Source: Cyclobacteriaceae bacterium (lineage in GTDB: Bacteria; Bacteroidota; Bacteroidia; Cytophagales; Cyclobacteriaceae). From it: a DNA stretch of 64,000 bases. Positions 45,179-54,926 of this stretch are shown here, piece after piece. The stretch's first letter is position 1. Each line of letters begins with the position of its first letter. The notes below the pieces were generated by a model, which saw nothing but the letters and a program-made list of their open reading frames with translations, ran no database searches and was not told where the DNA came from. A program made the translations under genes and the position numbers. Location of the stretch: contig JABFRS010000001.1 in NCBI GenBank assembly GCA_013141055.1, forward strand, positions 2,967,319 through 3,031,318. Direction: 5' to 3'.

Positions 45179-46549
45179 TTACTGAGCGATATCAATCTGT
45201 TTTCTGGTTTCTGACTTTAGCTTTAAGCTTAAGTAATTGAATCTCCATACCATGGCGGTGGCTGTTAGTGTCAGCCCCACGAGTAATCCAGTCCATATGC
45301 CGACGGGTCCAAGTCCTGCCTGAAATCCCAGCCAGTATCCAAGCGGTAATCCAATGATCCAGTAGGAGATAAAAATAAAGACGGATGGAATTTTAACGTC
45401 TTGTAACCCACGCAGCGCACCGATGATCACTACCTGCATTCCGTCTGACAATTGAAATAATCCGGCAATGATAATGAGAGGTCCGGCAACACGGATCACT
45501 TCAAGATCTTCAACATAAAGTTGTGGAAGGAAATTTTTTCCAACGACAAAGAAGATTCCCCAGGCAGTCATGAGGGACAATGCCATTCCTAACAGAACGA
45601 ATGCGGCTTTGCGCAATGCTGTGATGTCGCCTTTTCCAAGTTCATGACTTACGCGGATAGCGGCTGCAGCGGCAAGTCCGGAGGTAGTCATATAACTTAC
45701 TGTGGCGAGATTGATGGCGATCTGATGAGCTGCCAGTGCACTCGTTCCCATCCAGCCCATCATGACAAGAGAGAAATCGAAAGCAGCAACTTCAAAGATG
45801 AATTGTAACCCTGCAGGCAAACCGATGTTGAGCATTTTGCTGAAAAGAGCACGGGAATACTTTCCGAATGCGAATCCCGGGCGATATTGCCTGAAGCGCG
45901 GAGCATAATAAATGAAGGCAGCAAGCGAGCAACCCATTACGATGCGTGATATGAATGTTGCCCATCCTGCACCATTGAGGCCCAGAGCCGGAAAACCAGC
46001 ATGACCATATATTAATATATAGTTGAGGAGGATATTCAGCACGTTACAGGCCAGCACGATGATCATGGGTATCCAGGTGTTGGAAAGGCCTTCCGAAAAT
46101 TGGCGGTACGTCTGGAAGATGAGCATCGGAATGATCGAGAAGGTGATGATCTCCAGGTAGGGAATTGACAATGCGATCACTTCGGCTGGCTGGTCGATGT
46201 GGTAAAGTAAATTCTTTGCAAAGAAAACAATCGTTACCAGTACAAGGCTCGTCACAACGTTGATCACAAGGCCATGACGAAGCGTTTCATTGATGTTAAA
46301 AATATTTTTCTCGCCATCGGCTGTGGCAACCAACGGTGTGATGGCGTAGGAAACTCCAATTCCAAAAAGCATCAATACATTAAAGGCAACGTTTGCCAGA
46401 CCGGAGGCTGCAAGTTCTTCGGCCCCGAGATGGCCGACCATTACGTTGTCAGAAACTCCCATCATCACATGACCCAGCTGACTTAACATCACCGGGTATG
46501 CAAGAAGAAAACTTGTTTTTATTTCGGAACGATAGGAAGAGAGTTTCAT
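45179..46549 (-). CDS. MATE family efflux transporter (NorM-like)
   Basis: LAYPVMLSQLG, NILLNYILIYG, LAAHQIAIN, FQLSDGMQ, GALRGLQD; 12 TM helices. Confidence 0.93.
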   Translation of the reverse strand: MKLSSYRSEIKTSFLLAYPVMLSQLGHVMMGVSDNVMVGHLGAEELAASGLANVAFNVLMLFGIGVSYAITPLVATADGEKNIFNINETLRHGLVINVVTSLVLVTIVFFAKNLLYHIDQPAEVIALSIPYLEIITFSIIPMLIFQTYRQFSEGLSNTWIPMIIVLACNVLNILLNYILIYGHAGFPALGLNGAGWATFISRIVMGCSLAAFIYYAPRFRQYRPGFAFGKYSRALFSKMLNIGLPAGLQFIFEVAAFDFSLVMMGWMGTSALAAHQIAINLATVSYMTTSGLAAAAAIRVSHELGKGDITALRKAAFVLLGMALSLMTAWGIFFVVGKNFLPQLYVEDLEVIRVAGPLIIIAGLFQLSDGMQVVIIGALRGLQDVKIPSVFIFISYWIIGLPLGYWLGFQAGLGPVGIWTGLLVGLTLTATAMVWRFNYLSLKLKSETRKQIDIAQ

Positions 46550-46560
46550 CTATTATGAAC

Positions 46561-47115
46561 TTACAGGCTCTTCATCCTCGCCACTTTTAATATTCCTATC
46601 ATGCTCAGGCTATCGGTTATTTTTCCATCCAGCACCATCTTCAATGCTTCCGCGAATGGAAGTTTCTGAAGTTTCATATCGGCTTCGCTATCTTCTAGTT
46701 CTTTGGTTCCATGAGTCAGGCCTTCTGCCAGGAATACAAATCCTTCTTCATCAGAAACGGAATTGGATAAATGTGTTCGTATGATTTGAGTCCAACGGGT
46801 TGCTGTGAGACCAGTCTCTTCTTTCAATTCACGTTTTGCTGATTCCAAGACATCACCTGTAACGGGTCCGCCGCCTTCCGGTATTTCCCATGACCATTCA
46901 TTTAATGGATACCGGTGTTGTCCCACAAGCCAGATGTTGTCCTGTTCATCCAGAGCAATGATGCCGATCGCTTTATTTTTGAAATGGACTTTCCCATAAA
47001 TCCCAGGTTTTCCTCCAGGCGTGATTACCTGAAACTCAGTGACGCTGATCCAGGCATTGTCATATTTCTCGGCCGACGAAAGTGTCTGCCATGAGTTTTT
47101 TGAGTCTGCGTTCAT
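46561..47115 (-). CDS. NUDIX hydrolase (ADP-ribose pyrophosphatase-like)
   Basis: Nudix box WEIPEGGG...SAKRELKEETGL. Confidence 0.92.
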   Translation of the reverse strand: MNADSKNSWQTLSSAEKYDNAWISVTEFQVITPGGKPGIYGKVHFKNKAIGIIALDEQDNIWLVGQHRYPLNEWSWEIPEGGGPVTGDVLESAKRELKEETGLTATRWTQIIRTHLSNSVSDEEGFVFLAEGLTHGTKELEDSEADMKLQKLPFAEALKMVLDGKITDSLSMIGILKVARMKSL

Positions 47116-47198
47116 GGTATGTCTTTTTTAAGCCTTTAATATTGTGATATTCCTGTCAAAAAACGACATTAACACACTGAAGTAAAAACATTTAAAGA

Positions 47199-47801
47199 TT
47201 GCTCAAGAGCTCATTTACAAAAGATCTGATTGAAGCCGGCTGTGATGAGGTGGGGCGGGGCTGTCTGGCGGGTCCGGTGGTTGCTGCGGCTGTAATACTT
47301 CCCAAGAAGTACAAACATAAATTACTGAATGACTCCAAGCAGCTTTCAAAGGAAAACAGGGAAGAGCTGAGGGATGTGATCATGCGCGATGCATTGGCGT
47401 GGGCGGTGGCGGAAGTAAGTCACACTGAGATTGATGAGATCAATATTCTGAATGCGTCTTTTAAGGCAATGCATATTGCGTTGGACCAATTGAAAGTTTT
47501 GCCTCAGCTTTTATTGATCGATGGCAACCGGTTTACTACCTATCGCGATGTTCGTCACGAATGTATTATTAAAGGAGATGGGAAGTATCTGTCTATTGCC
47601 GCCGCTTCTGTACTGGCGAAAACGTATCGTGATAATCTGATGAGTCAGTGGGCGATAGAATTTCCTGGATATGGATGGGAGACAAATGTTGGGTATCCTA
47701 CCCTGGAGCACAGGGATGGGATCAGAGCGTTGGGTATTACGCCTTATCATAGAAGGTCATTTCAACTATTGCCATCTCAGTTGGAACTGTTTGAGGAATA
47801 A
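47199..47801 (+). CDS. rnhB: Ribonuclease HII
   Basis: GCDEVGRGCLAGPVVAAA, DSKQL, IDGN, SIAAASVLAK, HRRSF; TTG start. Confidence 0.97.
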   Translation: MLKSSFTKDLIEAGCDEVGRGCLAGPVVAAAVILPKKYKHKLLNDSKQLSKENREELRDVIMRDALAWAVAEVSHTEIDEINILNASFKAMHIALDQLKVLPQLLLIDGNRFTTYRDVRHECIIKGDGKYLSIAAASVLAKTYRDNLMSQWAIEFPGYGWETNVGYPTLEHRDGIRALGITPYHRRSFQLLPSQLELFEE

Positions 47802-47818
47802 TTGTATAAATTAGTCTT

Positions 47819-48703
47819 ATGCCTTTCTCACTATTTAAAAGAAAAGAAGACACATTCAATTTAGAAGTAGTTCATACCTGCAAGACTTGTCATTTCGAGT
47901 TTAAAGGAAGGTACTGTGGCAAATGTGGTGAGAAGGTTATGGAGGAAAATGAACGTTCCATCCAAAGCTTCCTTGCCGGACTTCTGAACGCGTTTACTTT
48001 TCTTGATGGTAAATTTATCCGGACACTCAAGCTTCTGTTGACAAAGCCGGGACAGCTGTCGAGGAATATTACGGACGGGATCAGAATGCCTTACATGAGT
48101 CTGATATCCTTATTCTTTGTTGCTAACTTTTTTTATTTTCTTTTTCCGCTGTGGGATTCCTTTAACTCAAGTCTCTATTCACAGATGAATGTTTTGCCGT
48201 ATCATGAACGTGCGGCCAGGATGGTGAATGAGAAAATTGAAAAAGAGAAGATAACCCTGGAGCTATTCACTGAAAAGTACACGGCACAATCCACCAATCT
48301 CTCCAAGCTGTTGCTGATACTTGTGGTGATCATGTTCTCTTTTGCTTTGTTTGCAGTCAATTTTTCAAAGAAGGCTTATTTTTTCGACCATCTTCTTTTC
48401 TCACTGGAGTTCAATACGTTTCATATTCTGTTTAATCTTATCATTTTCCCGACGATTCTTATTGGGCTTATAAAATTTGTACACCTCTTTGGAGTTGACT
48501 GGGGTGTTATTCTGAATGACAATGTCTATTTCATCATTGTCGCCTCGTTTCTGGCTTGCTTCCTGTTTTTTGGACAGATCAATTTTTACAAGCAAAAATG
48601 GTATTGGGGATTGTTGAGAGTAGCTCCGTTATTTTTTCTTTTCACGCTAATCATCGGCCTGTATCGGGCCATGCTCTTTTATTTTACAATGTGGACAATA
48701 TGA
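47819..48703 (+). CDS. DUF3667-like membrane protein with N-terminal zinc ribbon
   Basis: CKTC...YCGKCGEK ribbon, LLTKPGQL...G.R..Y motif, several C-terminal TM helices. Confidence 0.75.
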   Translation: MPFSLFKRKEDTFNLEVVHTCKTCHFEFKGRYCGKCGEKVMEENERSIQSFLAGLLNAFTFLDGKFIRTLKLLLTKPGQLSRNITDGIRMPYMSLISLFFVANFFYFLFPLWDSFNSSLYSQMNVLPYHERAARMVNEKIEKEKITLELFTEKYTAQSTNLSKLLLILVVIMFSFALFAVNFSKKAYFFDHLLFSLEFNTFHILFNLIIFPTILIGLIKFVHLFGVDWGVILNDNVYFIIVASFLACFLFFGQINFYKQKWYWGLLRVAPLFFLFTLIIGLYRAMLFYFTMWTI

Positions 48704-48711
48704 TACCTTTG
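48704..48711 (+). promoter_or_regulatory. Bacteroidota -7 promoter box upstream of the NRDE gene
   Basis: TACCTTTG directly after the previous stop codon, 24 nt before ATG 48736. Confidence 0.55.
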
Positions 48712-48735
48712 TGCGCATTGTAAATCTGTTTTTTC

Positions 48736-49503
48736 ATGTGTTTGATCTTTCTTTCCGTTCAGGACCATCCTGTTTATAAGCTGATCATTGCTGCCAATCG
48801 TGATGAGTTCTATCGTCGCCAAACAGCGGCTGCCGGCTATTGGAAAGATTATCCTTCTATTCTGGGTGGCCGCGACCTTGAAGCCCAGGGCACATGGATG
48901 GCAATGACGAAGTCGGGAAAAATAAGTCTGCTGACCAATTACAGAGATCCTCAAAATATAGATCCCAGGGCCCCTTCACGCGGGCAGCTTGTTTCTGATT
49001 ATCTGGAGAGTGAAATCAATGCACAGGACTATCTGAGAAAAATCGAGTCTTCCGGTAAGATGTATAATGGTTTTAATCTCATTGTCGGTACGCTGGAGGA
49101 TCTTTGGTACTATTCAAATTATTCATCAGGAATAAAAAAGATAACTCCTGGATTGCATGGTCTCAGTAATCATTTGCTGGATACACCGTGGCCCAAGGTG
49201 GAGAGAGGGAAAGCGAATCTTAAGCTCATCTTAAAAAAGGAAAAGATCGAACCTGCTGAATTGTTTGAATTTCTCTACGACAGTGAGCCGGCTAAAGATG
49301 CTCAGCTTCCTGATACAGGCGTTGGTCTTGAGCGTGAGCGGATGCTATCATCAATGTTTATCAAGTCGCCTGATTATGGCTCACGATGTTCCACCGTGGT
49401 GTTGGTGGATAAAAACAATAAAGTCACTTTCGCTGAGAGAGTGTATGATCTGAAGACATTTGAATTCCAGCAGCAGGTTTTTGATTTAACTGCTGACGCA
49501 TAA
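48736..49503 (+). CDS. NRDE / TANGO2 family protein
   Basis: N-terminal MCLIF, AANRDEFY, GGRDL..GTW, LSNHLLDTPWPKV, YGSRCSTV. Confidence 0.92.
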   Translation: MCLIFLSVQDHPVYKLIIAANRDEFYRRQTAAAGYWKDYPSILGGRDLEAQGTWMAMTKSGKISLLTNYRDPQNIDPRAPSRGQLVSDYLESEINAQDYLRKIESSGKMYNGFNLIVGTLEDLWYYSNYSSGIKKITPGLHGLSNHLLDTPWPKVERGKANLKLILKKEKIEPAELFEFLYDSEPAKDAQLPDTGVGLERERMLSSMFIKSPDYGSRCSTVVLVDKNNKVTFAERVYDLKTFEFQQQVFDLTADA

Positions 49504-50361
49504 ATGAAAAAGAAAAGGAATAATGTTCCATTCATATTAACAGCGACCCGCTGGCTGTATCCTAAGCTGGAGAAATTTGCTCCCTTCATTGCTCAACGAA
49601 TTTTCAGATTCGTGTTTTATGTTCCGATACGATATAAGGTTCCTGAAAAGGAAAAAGAGTTAAGTAGAAAAGCGGAACTCACCACTATTGTTGTGGAAGG
49701 AAAATCAGTTCAATGCTATTCATGGGGAGATAAGGCTCTTCCATATGTATTGCTGGTTCATGGATGGGCAGGAAGAGCAACACAATTCAGAAAATTTGTA
49801 CAGCCATTGGAGGCTGCGGGATATCGTATTATTGGATTCGATGGTCCTGCTCATGGAAAGTCGGAGGGGAGACATACCTCTATCCTCCAGTTTGAAAAAA
49901 CACTGCATGAGATCTTTAAGAAATTCGGGGAGCCGGTAGCATTGATCACGCATTCTTTTGGAGGTGCAGCTTCCTTGTATTCAGCATCACACGGTTTGCC
50001 CATTCGCAAACTCATCAACATTGCGTCTCCCACCATAGCGGACGAGATATTAAGTACTTATCTGCGGGCAATCAATGGGACCTGGCCATCCGTTACAAGA
50101 TTCAGGAAGTTTGTGATAGAGAAGACGGGAAAGTCTTTTGAGGAGTTTACCTCTATGCATGCGATTAAAAATCTGCCTCATCCTATTGACCTGATGCTGG
50201 TACATGATGAAGAAGATCAGGACGTTTATATTATTAATGCGGAGGAATTGATAAAAGCATATCCTTCGGCGAAGCTTTTCAAAACCCGGGGTCTGGGTCA
50301 TACAAGAATCCTGAAGGATGATGATGTTATCAGAGAGTGTGTCGGATTTATCAAACTGTAA
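49504..50361 (+). CDS. Alpha/beta hydrolase
   Basis: LVHGWAG oxyanion motif, FDGPAHG, THSFG nucleophile elbow, HDEED, GLGH. Confidence 0.9.
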   Translation: MKKKRNNVPFILTATRWLYPKLEKFAPFIAQRIFRFVFYVPIRYKVPEKEKELSRKAELTTIVVEGKSVQCYSWGDKALPYVLLVHGWAGRATQFRKFVQPLEAAGYRIIGFDGPAHGKSEGRHTSILQFEKTLHEIFKKFGEPVALITHSFGGAASLYSASHGLPIRKLINIASPTIADEILSTYLRAINGTWPSVTRFRKFVIEKTGKSFEEFTSMHAIKNLPHPIDLMLVHDEEDQDVYIINAEELIKAYPSAKLFKTRGLGHTRILKDDDVIRECVGFIKL

Positions 50362-50532
50362 CATTTAAACACCGGGGTCGTCTCAAATTCATTGGAATGA
50401 GGGCTGAAAGGCTTTAAATTTTGAGTAATTTTGGCTTTTAGAATTTATTTTTCAGCAATTTGACCTAAAATTGAAACTCAATCATCTATAATGAGTTGAA
50501 GCATAGGGACTCTCTTAAATTAATATCAGGAT

Positions 50533-51258
50533 ATGGCGAAAATCATCGAAACGAATAAAATTTCAAAGGTTTATAAGATGGGTGACAACATCGTAAACGC
50601 TTTGCAGTCTGTATCCATTACGATTAATAAAGGAGAGTATGTTGCTTTCATGGGTCCTTCCGGATCGGGAAAATCAACATTGATGAATATCGTTGGTTGT
50701 CTTGACTCACCTACTGACGGAACATACGAGCTAAATGGTCAGATGGTAAGTGAGATGACAGAGAACGAGCTTGCTACGGTTCGCAATAAAGAAATCGGAT
50801 TCGTATTCCAGACATTCAATCTTTTGCCACGCGCGAGTGCATTAGAGAATGTGGCACTTCCACTGATCTACGCAGGGTATGGAAAAAGTGAACGCAATGA
50901 GATAGCGATGGCTTCACTGGAAAGTGTCAACCTTGCAGATCGTTATCATCATAAGCCCAATGAACTTTCCGGAGGTCAGCGTCAGCGTGTGGCCATTGCA
51001 CGTGCATTGGTAAACAAGCCTTCGATCATTCTTGCCGATGAGCCTACTGGTAATCTTGACTCAAAAACATCTTACGGAATCATGGCTCTTTTTCAGGAGC
51101 TTCATGATAAAGGCAATACTATCATTATGGTAACGCACGAAGATGATATCGCCCATTATTCACATCGTATCATCCGTCTTCGTGATGGATTGGTAGAGTG
51201 GGATAAGGTCAATGATAATGTGACCAGAGGAATTCCTGAAGTAGAAGCAGAGCATTAA
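50533..51258 (+). CDS. ABC transporter ATP-binding protein (MacB/LolD type)
   Basis: Walker [39 protein letters not shown]. Confidence 0.95.
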   Translation: MAKIIETNKISKVYKMGDNIVNALQSVSITINKGEYVAFMGPSGSGKSTLMNIVGCLDSPTDGTYELNGQMVSEMTENELATVRNKEIGFVFQTFNLLPRASALENVALPLIYAGYGKSERNEIAMASLESVNLADRYHHKPNELSGGQRQRVAIARALVNKPSIILADEPTGNLDSKTSYGIMALFQELHDKGNTIIMVTHEDDIAHYSHRIIRLRDGLVEWDKVNDNVTRGIPEVEAEH

Positions 51259-51382
51259 TCCATTCATTTATTTCGGAATGTGCTGATTTCGCAATCAGAG
51301 TTCTGAATGAATGAGCAGTTTTTTTGCTTAAAGAGATGCAAGTCCCTTTTGCTTATTGCCCTCTCTTTTCCCAAATTACAGT

Positions 51383-51931
51383 ATGAAGATCTATACCAGG
51401 ACGGGAGACAAGGGAACCACTGCGCTCTTTGGCGGAAAGCGGGTTTCCAAAGCTGATCTGAGAATTAATACCTATGGTACGATTGATGAACTAAACTCCT
51501 GGATTGGAGTGCTCCGTGATCAACCAGTAAATCAACACCGTGCGGATGAACTCATCGAAATTCAGGACAGACTGTTTACGGTAGGGGCTATTCTTGCAAC
51601 AGAACCCGGCAACACTAAAGTGAAGATCCCTCATCTCGCTGAAGCAGATATTACCTTTCTTGAAAAGAAAATCGATACCATGGATGCTGTGCTGGAACCT
51701 ATGAAAGTATTTGTTCTTCCGGGAGGCCATCAATCTGTTTCGTTCGGACATGTGGCCCGGACTGTTTGTCGTCGTGGTGAAAGGTTGGTCATTGAACTGG
51801 ACGAACAGGAAAAGGTTGATATCCTCGTCGTTCAGTACCTCAATCGTCTGTCTGATTACTTGTTTGTCTTGTGCAGGATGATGACACTTGAACTAAAGGC
51901 TGTGGAGGTTCCATGGAAACCTAAGATGTAA
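51383..51931 (+). CDS. pduO: Cob(I)alamin adenosyltransferase, PduO/MMAB type
   Basis: MKIYTRTGDKG, YGTIDELNS, FVLPGG, RTVCRRGER, YLNRLSDYLF; ATG 51383. Confidence 0.92.
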   Translation: MKIYTRTGDKGTTALFGGKRVSKADLRINTYGTIDELNSWIGVLRDQPVNQHRADELIEIQDRLFTVGAILATEPGNTKVKIPHLAEADITFLEKKIDTMDAVLEPMKVFVLPGGHQSVSFGHVARTVCRRGERLVIELDEQEKVDILVVQYLNRLSDYLFVLCRMMTLELKAVEVPWKPKM

Positions 51932-51992
51932 TTGATGAAGATTGAAGATCAGTTCTTGAGTATCGTTTTAATTTCTCTTTAAAAAACAAATT

Positions 51993-53816
51993 ATGAAATC
52001 CCCCCTCTATCCGCGCCTTCTTATGGTCCTCATGTTAGTGAGCGTTACGGGTTGTCATTTTTTCACTAAAGTGGATCGTGAGACAGAGGTCAAAGATTTT
52101 ATAAACGACTTTGCCGCAAGCCTTAATGGTCCGGACTCTTTGATCCTTGATCATTTTAATGCTTCTCAGAATAAAGATGCCATCATGGCGGGAATAGCAG
52201 TTTTGCAGAATAAATATTCCCGTACGGCGTGGTGTGATGCGAGATTCAATGAAGCGGTCATCACATTGGATAATACGGCGGTAACAGTAAGTATCCCCAT
52301 TTTTGCTTATCAGGATAGCACGATGCAAACCGGCGTAGAGCTAAGTAATCGCCTTATCCTTTGGCTGGAACGCACTGATAATAAATTCCTCATTACGAAA
52401 TTTGATGGTCAGGAATTTTATACGGAATTCAGCAACTTCAGAAATTCTATTGAGGCAGAGGCGATGAATGATGAATTGATGGCGGATCGTGGAGCTTATT
52501 ATGAAAAAGCAAAAGAGCTTCAGAAGAAGTATGATTCAATTATCTGGTACACAAACTATCAGGGTAAAGATTATTTCTATGCAGTGAATGGTGGAGGCTG
52601 GGTCAATTACTTCCTTGATAACGAAGCGAGCCGTTCAACCGGTTATAAGATGGGTCTTGTGGATGGCGATGGTGTTGAAGTTGTGCCTGTTTCATTTGAT
52701 CTTGTTGGAACACCAGGAATGGCGATGAATGATGTGGTGGAGGTGAAAAAGGACGACAAGGTTGGGTATTATCAGCTCAGTGATGCCAAAATGATTGTTC
52801 CTGTGGAGTACGAGTGGATCATACCGGTTTCAGAAACATCAGATTTTGTTCTTGTAAAAAAGGACAGTTTAAATGGCTGGCTTGACAAAGAGTATCAGTT
52901 TCATGCGGGGTTCCCAAATGAAAAGTCGAGAGCCTACGTTTCAAATTTTGAATTTCTTCCCGATGATCTGACTATTGATGACACTCATCAAAGCATGTGT
53001 GAAATTCCATTGATAGATCATGCTTCAAAGGGAATTATTATTCCGCCAAGCTTCATGACTTCTTTTGGTGTTTGTAAAGAGATTCTTCATGGCTTCACCA
53101 TTGGAGAATCCTACAGCGGTGGTTGGCTGGTATACATAAAATCCAAGAGTGAATTTCTGGAAAACGTATCAGGTAAGATCAGTACCCTCATCACCACTTT
53201 TACAGAGCGCTATCTTGACGGCAGAGAAGAATTTTATGTCAAGAAGCAGGTAGCATTTATGGATGAAAAGAGAGAAGTGTTGGGATCCGGAGATATTTAT
53301 GGCTATGGTGAAGTAGTTGTCAATAGAATTGACAGCATGTTGCTGGAAGTAAAAGTTTCACCCTCCGGTGAGGAGGCTCAGGACTATATGAGTGATGACC
53401 CCGAGGAGGAATATAATTTTCCATCTTACCGCTACTTCGCCATTGATGTGGATAGGTCTGTGAATGCTGTCAAGTCGAATCGTAACTATATTTTTAGTGA
53501 ACTGGTAAAAATGGATAGCAGCTATCTGAAGGGAGATTTTGTCCGGTATGACGAAGAGACTCAGGGAACCAAGCATTATGATTTTGCTTCAGATAAAACA
53601 ATAAAGGAAATAAGGAATGAGATCCTGGCGATCTATGGATATACTTTCTCAGATCCTTCTCTTTCTGAAAGATTCGGGTACAACAAGTGGTATCAGCCTA
53701 AGTATAATTCGTATTCGGAAATAATGGAAAGGATGACGCCCATTGACAAACATAATCTGATCTTTCTTGAAAGGATTGTCGGAAGTCTTGATCCTTCCTA
53801 TTCGGCTTCTCTTTAA
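51993..53816 (+). CDS. Lipoprotein with WG-like repeats and a C-terminal YARHG-like domain
   Basis: Lipobox VTG-C; repeats KMGLVDGDGVEVVPVSFD and KVGYYQLSDAKMIVPVEYE; RNEILAIYGYTF...WYQP...IDKHNLIF. Confidence 0.75.
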   Translation: MKSPLYPRLLMVLMLVSVTGCHFFTKVDRETEVKDFINDFAASLNGPDSLILDHFNASQNKDAIMAGIAVLQNKYSRTAWCDARFNEAVITLDNTAVTVSIPIFAYQDSTMQTGVELSNRLILWLERTDNKFLITKFDGQEFYTEFSNFRNSIEAEAMNDELMADRGAYYEKAKELQKKYDSIIWYTNYQGKDYFYAVNGGGWVNYFLDNEASRSTGYKMGLVDGDGVEVVPVSFDLVGTPGMAMNDVVEVKKDDKVGYYQLSDAKMIVPVEYEWIIPVSETSDFVLVKKDSLNGWLDKEYQFHAGFPNEKSRAYVSNFEFLPDDLTIDDTHQSMCEIPLIDHASKGIIIPPSFMTSFGVCKEILHGFTIGESYSGGWLVYIKSKSEFLENVSGKISTLITTFTERYLDGREEFYVKKQVAFMDEKREVLGSGDIYGYGEVVVNRIDSMLLEVKVSPSGEEAQDYMSDDPEEEYNFPSYRYFAIDVDRSVNAVKSNRNYIFSELVKMDSSYLKGDFVRYDEETQGTKHYDFASDKTIKEIRNEILAIYGYTFSDPSLSERFGYNKWYQPKYNSYSEIMERMTPIDKHNLIFLERIVGSLDPSYSASL

Positions 53817-53819
53817 AGA

Positions 53820-54449
53820 ATGAGTGCGTTCGGTTTACGGTCGAGGAAAGTTGGCATTGCACTCCTTTTTTTTCTGGCCGTTGCTCTTTCGTTGAACGCG
53901 TTTACATACTTCAATTTTGACGGGAATTATGGTTTCCTTCGTTTAAAGCGAGAGGCCATTGCCACTGGATGGTATCTCCCGGCATTCTATTCTCATGTGC
54001 TGATAGCAGGGATGGTGCTGGTAATAGGATTTTTTCAATTCAGCACTTCTCTCCGGCATCGCTCTCCGGGACTTCACCGGACACTGGGGAAGATTTATGT
54101 ATTCGGTATCTTGTTTTTTTCTGCTCCGGGAGGTTTTGTGATGAGTCTGTTCATCAACAGGGGAAGTCTTGTTCTCTTAAGTTTCTTTGTACAGTGCACG
54201 TTATGGTTCTGGTTTACCTATCTGGCATATCACAAGATTCGCAAGAGAGATATAACCAGTCATCGTGAATGGATGATCCGAAGTTTTGCATTGACATTGG
54301 CGGCAATAACGTTGCGCGTTTATGTTTTTGCTTCTTCATGGTCATTTGACCTTTCCCAACCTGCTGCATATGCAACCATTGCGTGGCTCAGCTGGCTTCC
54401 AAACCTTATTCTTGCTGAACTTTATATCCGTAAAGTCCGAGTTGAATAA
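53820..54449 (+). CDS. DUF2306 family membrane protein
   Basis: FYSHVLIAG, HRTLGKIYV, HREWMIRSFALTLAAITLR, WLSWLPNL. Confidence 0.85.
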   Translation: MSAFGLRSRKVGIALLFFLAVALSLNAFTYFNFDGNYGFLRLKREAIATGWYLPAFYSHVLIAGMVLVIGFFQFSTSLRHRSPGLHRTLGKIYVFGILFFSAPGGFVMSLFINRGSLVLLSFFVQCTLWFWFTYLAYHKIRKRDITSHREWMIRSFALTLAAITLRVYVFASSWSFDLSQPAAYATIAWLSWLPNLILAELYIRKVRVE

Positions 54450-54511
54450 TTTTTTTTGCCTTTTTTTTCCTGGGTAGCTTTAAAAAAAACATACATTTCC
54501 CGGATTCGCAC

Positions 54512-54551
54512 ACCTGAGAACTTGTGGTGATATGACTGAGTGTTCTCAGGT
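54512..54551. promoter_or_regulatory. Perfect 10-bp inverted repeat upstream of padR (candidate operator or hairpin)
   Basis: ACCTGAGAAC (54512-54521) - 20 nt - GTTCTCAGGT (54542-54551). Confidence 0.5.
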
Positions 54552-54593
54552 TCATAACTATTTTACATACATTTACGTAATTAATACTTGGCT

Positions 54594-54926
54594 ATGAAGG
54601 GAACAAACCTTGGTGAATTTGAAGAGCTGGTTTTATTAACCATTGCGGCACTGGTAAATGATGCTTACAGTGTTGCCATCAGTGATGAATTAGAACGACA
54701 TACTGGAAGAGCGGCCAAGCTTGGAGTTGTTCACGCTGTATTGAATCGGTTGGAGGAGAAAGGATTTGTAAAGAGCAAGCTGGGAGAAGCAACCAACACA
54801 CGAGGCGGAAAAAGGAAGCGCTATTACATTATTACTAATACAGGGAAGTCGGCGTTGATAAAATCGAAGGATCTTCGTGACCAACTATGGAGCATCATTC
54901 CATCCATGACGTTGAAAAGAATCTAA
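54594..54926 (+). CDS. PadR-family transcriptional regulator
   Basis: LGEFEELVLL, AYSVAI, LNRLEEKG, RGGKRKRYY; stop overlaps the next start (TAATG). Confidence 0.92.
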   Translation: MKGTNLGEFEELVLLTIAALVNDAYSVAISDELERHTGRAAKLGVVHAVLNRLEEKGFVKSKLGEATNTRGGKRKRYYIITNTGKSALIKSKDLRDQLWSIIPSMTLKRI

